A DNA stretch of 20,000 nt from an uncultured virus (IMG/VR IMGVR_UViG_3300035520_000906) (Duplodnaviria; Heunggongvirae; Uroviricota; Caudoviricetes). The position numbers and the translations under genes were made by a program. Below the pieces are notes generated by a model. It was not told where the DNA came from. It was given only the letters and a program-made list of their open reading frames with translations, and did no database searches. Positions within the stretch are counted from its first letter, which is position 1. Each line of letters starts with the position of its first letter. The stretch lies in the IMG/VR virus record IMGVR_UViG_3300035520_000906. One strand, 5' to 3'. This document shows positions 17,175 through 20,000 of this stretch, in pieces.

Positions 17175-18140
17175 CTATTCTTCCTCTTTATCTATGTTTA
17201 GTCTATCTGATATTATGTATCTTGGTCTGTTTTTAACTTCCATGTAAATTTTACCTATGTATTCTCCTATAACTCCTATACTTATTAGTTGTATACCACA
17301 GATAAAACTCAATATTCCAAGTGTACTAGCCCAACCTTGTACCGTTGTTCCCATTATTAAACCTATTGTTACCCATATGATTACTATAAAACTTATCAAT
17401 GATACTACTGCACCACAGAATGTAATTATTCTAATTGGTTTAATGCTAAGGTTTGTTATTCCATTAATTGCTAATCCAAGCATCTTGCCCAATGGATAAT
17501 GACTTTTGCCAGCTAATCTCTCATGTCTACTGTATTCTACAGTTGTGCTCTTAAACCCTATCAATGGAAATATTCCTCTTAGATATAAGTTTATCTCCCC
17601 ATAATTAGCTAGTTCCTTTAAAACTCTACCAGATGTCAGTCTATAATCTGCATGATTATATACTGTTTCTGCTCCTAAACCATTTAATAACTTATAAAAT
17701 AGCTGTGCTGTGTTTCTCTTAAACCATGTGTCCGTGTCTCTATTATTTCTGACACCATAAACTATTTCATAGCCTTCATTAAACTTATCTATCATTTCAT
17801 TCATTGCATTGATGTCATCTTGTCCATCACAATCAATAGAAATTACTACATCTGCCTTATCCTTTACTTCCATAAGCCCAGCTAATAAACTACTCTGATG
17901 ACCTCTATTTCTACTCTGTGATATAGCACAGAAATGATTGTCTTGTCTACATAATGATTCCATTATCTCCCAAGTTGAATCTGTACTTCCATCATTTACA
18001 AGAAGTATTCTACTATCAGAACTAATCTTGTTTAATTTACTAAGTTCGTTTACCTTATTTAAAAATTGCTGTGAAGTAATTGGTAATACTGCTTCCTCAT
18101 TATAACAAGGTATTACTATGTATAGTATTGTATTTTCCAT
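17175..18140 (-). CDS. GT2 glycosyltransferase, GtrB/CsbB-like undecaprenyl-phosphate glycosyltransferase
   Basis: IVIPCYNEE, VNDGSTDST, SRNRGHQ, IDCDGQDD (DxD), VYGVR, HADYRL, RLAGKSHY, two C-terminal TM helices and IGEYIGKIY..VKNRPRYII. Confidence 0.93.
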   Translation of the reverse strand: MENTILYIVIPCYNEEAVLPITSQQFLNKVNELSKLNKISSDSRILLVNDGSTDSTWEIMESLCRQDNHFCAISQSRNRGHQSSLLAGLMEVKDKADVVISIDCDGQDDINAMNEMIDKFNEGYEIVYGVRNNRDTDTWFKRNTAQLFYKLLNGLGAETVYNHADYRLTSGRVLKELANYGEINLYLRGIFPLIGFKSTTVEYSRHERLAGKSHYPLGKMLGLAINGITNLSIKPIRIITFCGAVVSLISFIVIIWVTIGLIMGTTVQGWASTLGILSFICGIQLISIGVIGEYIGKIYMEVKNRPRYIISDRLNIDKEEE

Positions 18141-18168
18141 ATCCTTTGCCCCTCTACATTTCCTCTTA

Positions 18169-19146
18169 TTATTTTATTTCCTCTTCCTTATGTTTTCTTC
18201 TTTTTACTATATTGTTTGATTGAATAATTATTATGTCATTAACTTCAATCTTTGTATCCTTAATTGGTAACAGATATGTACTTCCACGAATTATCATGTA
18301 TATGGTAACTTTATAGTTATTGTACATATCTTCAATAGTCTGTCCAATAAACTTACTATCCTGTGTTATTAGAACCTCTCCTATTGTATCTATATTTAAT
18401 AGTTTGTTACTACTATTTGAATCCATTGTATACTGTTCAACAAATCCTGCACTAATAATACCAGTTGGTATTGCTACAACTCCTACGCCAAGAAATGCAA
18501 TTATTATTGCTATTATCTTTCCTAGTACTGTTACTGGATATATGTCCCCATATCCAACAGTAAGTACTGTACTTACTGCCCACCATATTCCACTAAATGC
18601 ATTTTTAAATATGTCTGGCTGTGCATCATGTTCGGCACTGTACATACATAAACTACTTGCAAGCATTAATATTATAATTATGAAGACAGATGATATTATT
18701 TGATTGCGTTTATTATAAATTACAGTTGTAATTACATTAAAACTATCGTATTGAGCATTTATTCTAAATAGATGAAATATTCTCACTACTCGCAGCATTC
18801 TAAATACTATGAAGCCTGTTAAGAAAAATGCTGGGATTATTGTTAATAAATCAATAATCCCATCATAACTCCTTAGGAAGTGTAATCTTGCTTTTAATGG
18901 TTTTTCATTTTTGTATAGCAAGTCTGCTGTCCATATTCTAAGTACATATTCTACACAAAATATAAGTGTTGTAATAATCTCTATTGTTTTTAGTACACTT
19001 TGATATGCTTCCATTTCATCATATGTTTGCATAAACATTACTGCTATGTTTGATATTATAACAATAACAATGAATATATCAAATGTCCTACTTATTTTAT
19101 TACTCTTGTCTCCAATTTGTATAATATTGAATACTTGTTTTTTCAT
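18169..19146 (-). CDS. 6TM potassium channel (voltage-gated-like) with C-terminal TrkA-C/RCK-C-like domain
   Basis: Pore WWAVSTVLTVGYGDIYP; S4-like FRMLRVVRIFHLFR; C-terminal SKFIGQTI...IIRG...P..DTKIEVND. Confidence 0.92.
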   Translation of the reverse strand: MKKQVFNIIQIGDKSNKISRTFDIFIVIVIISNIAVMFMQTYDEMEAYQSVLKTIEIITTLIFCVEYVLRIWTADLLYKNEKPLKARLHFLRSYDGIIDLLTIIPAFFLTGFIVFRMLRVVRIFHLFRINAQYDSFNVITTVIYNKRNQIISSVFIIIILMLASSLCMYSAEHDAQPDIFKNAFSGIWWAVSTVLTVGYGDIYPVTVLGKIIAIIIAFLGVGVVAIPTGIISAGFVEQYTMDSNSSNKLLNIDTIGEVLITQDSKFIGQTIEDMYNNYKVTIYMIIRGSTYLLPIKDTKIEVNDIIIIQSNNIVKRRKHKEEEIK

Positions 19147-19165
19147 GTCCTTCTAACCTTTTTTG

Positions 19166-19738
19166 TTACAATCTTATAAATCTTGTAGCCCCAGTTAAAT
19201 AGTTCTTCTCTTCTTTATATATTACTTCGTTTCTTTCCAGGTGTTGTCTTTCTCTTTCTACCTGTCTATCTATTTCTTCTTGTCTTTCTTTTTCCTTTTG
19301 CTTCTTTATTTTTTCTCTATGCTTTTGCTCTTCTATTTCTTCCCAGTACTTACGTTCTTCCTCTTCTTCTAGCTGTCTTTTTATTTTTAATTGCTGCTGT
19401 CTCTCTTTTTCCTCTTGTTCTTCTCTAGCTTCCTTTTCTTTCTGTTTTTTATCCTGCTCTAATCTTATTGGTATTTGTCTTTTTACTAATTCTCTAACTT
19501 CATTTAACAAGTAATTATAGTAGTCATCTTTTATCTCGTGTGCTCTTGTTAATACTCCATCTAACCATATCAAATCGCTATATAGCATTCTTGGTATTCT
19601 ATATTTGTATGTGACTAATAATTCCTCGTCTATATCTGGTTCTGTCTGTGTTATTTCCTTCTTTACTTCTATGAGTTCTCCATTTTCATCCATTTCAAAC
19701 TCTAAATCATCTGGTACATAAATTCCGTTTATTCTCAT
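19166..19738 (-). CDS. hypothetical protein with charged coiled-coil C-terminus (190 aa)
   Basis: Intact ORF, GGAGG RBS, E/K/Q/R-rich helical region. Confidence 0.8.
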   Translation of the reverse strand: MRINGIYVPDDLEFEMDENGELIEVKKEITQTEPDIDEELLVTYKYRIPRMLYSDLIWLDGVLTRAHEIKDDYYNYLLNEVRELVKRQIPIRLEQDKKQKEKEAREEQEEKERQQQLKIKRQLEEEEERKYWEEIEEQKHREKIKKQKEKERQEEIDRQVERERQHLERNEVIYKEEKNYLTGATRFIRL

Positions 19739-19740
19739 TA

Positions 19741-19956
19741 TTATATGCCTCCAATGTAAGTTGACTTATTATGCGTAATAGTCTCCATTTTGTAGTGTAT
19801 TTGTTTCAACTTATCTATGTTACCAACAGCATTTTTAAATGATTCTTTGACAATACTATTACTGCTACTACCTAAACTTGATGTTTAATAATTGAAATCA
19901 AAACTGTTAATTGCATTATTATATATGCTTGTCTTATCTTTTCTTCTGTTTTTCAT
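19741..19956 (-). pseudogene. possible short ORF interrupted by one in-frame TAA
   Basis: MKNRRKDKTSIYNNAINSFDFNY*TSSLG...STYIGGI*; internal stop at 19887-19885, and the frame ends just before the next gene. Confidence 0.3.
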
Positions 19957-20000
19957 TACTTTATACCCTGTATTCATCTTTTATGTTATAATGATACTCA

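Noticed and set aside
1164..18703. Plus-strand ORFs in the track (for example 1164-1505, 3618-4040, 10282-10668, 13896-14105, 18320-18703)
   Set aside because: Antisense shadows of minus-strand genes or of the array, with F/L/S/I-rich composition and no recognisable motifs.
19741..19956. Stop-codon reassignment
   Set aside because: Only one interrupted short frame (TAA). All long genes are intact in the standard code and no suppressor tRNA is present.

Overview
AT-rich window with every convincing gene on the minus strand, most consistent with a large (jumbo-like) phage of a low-GC Firmicute (inference). It holds a 5-tRNA cluster without encoded CCA (including an A34 tRNA-Leu(AAG)), a BspA-type LRR protein, a stand-alone reverse transcriptase (YSDD), a PIN-PhoH protein, a Dam-like methyltransferase, a GT2 glycosyltransferase, a K+ channel and several large hypothetical proteins sharing an N-terminal module. 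The standout is a non-coding array at ~13,662-14,193: four ~102-nt units with conserved flanks, each enclosing a 47-49-nt hairpin of conserved shape but different sequence, with compensatory changes and G-U pairs pointing to minus-strand RNAs. The RT lacks retron, DGR and intron hallmarks and has no room for an adjacent RNA. I therefore propose (inference) an RT plus multi-ncRNA array system that makes several distinct short hairpin cDNAs.
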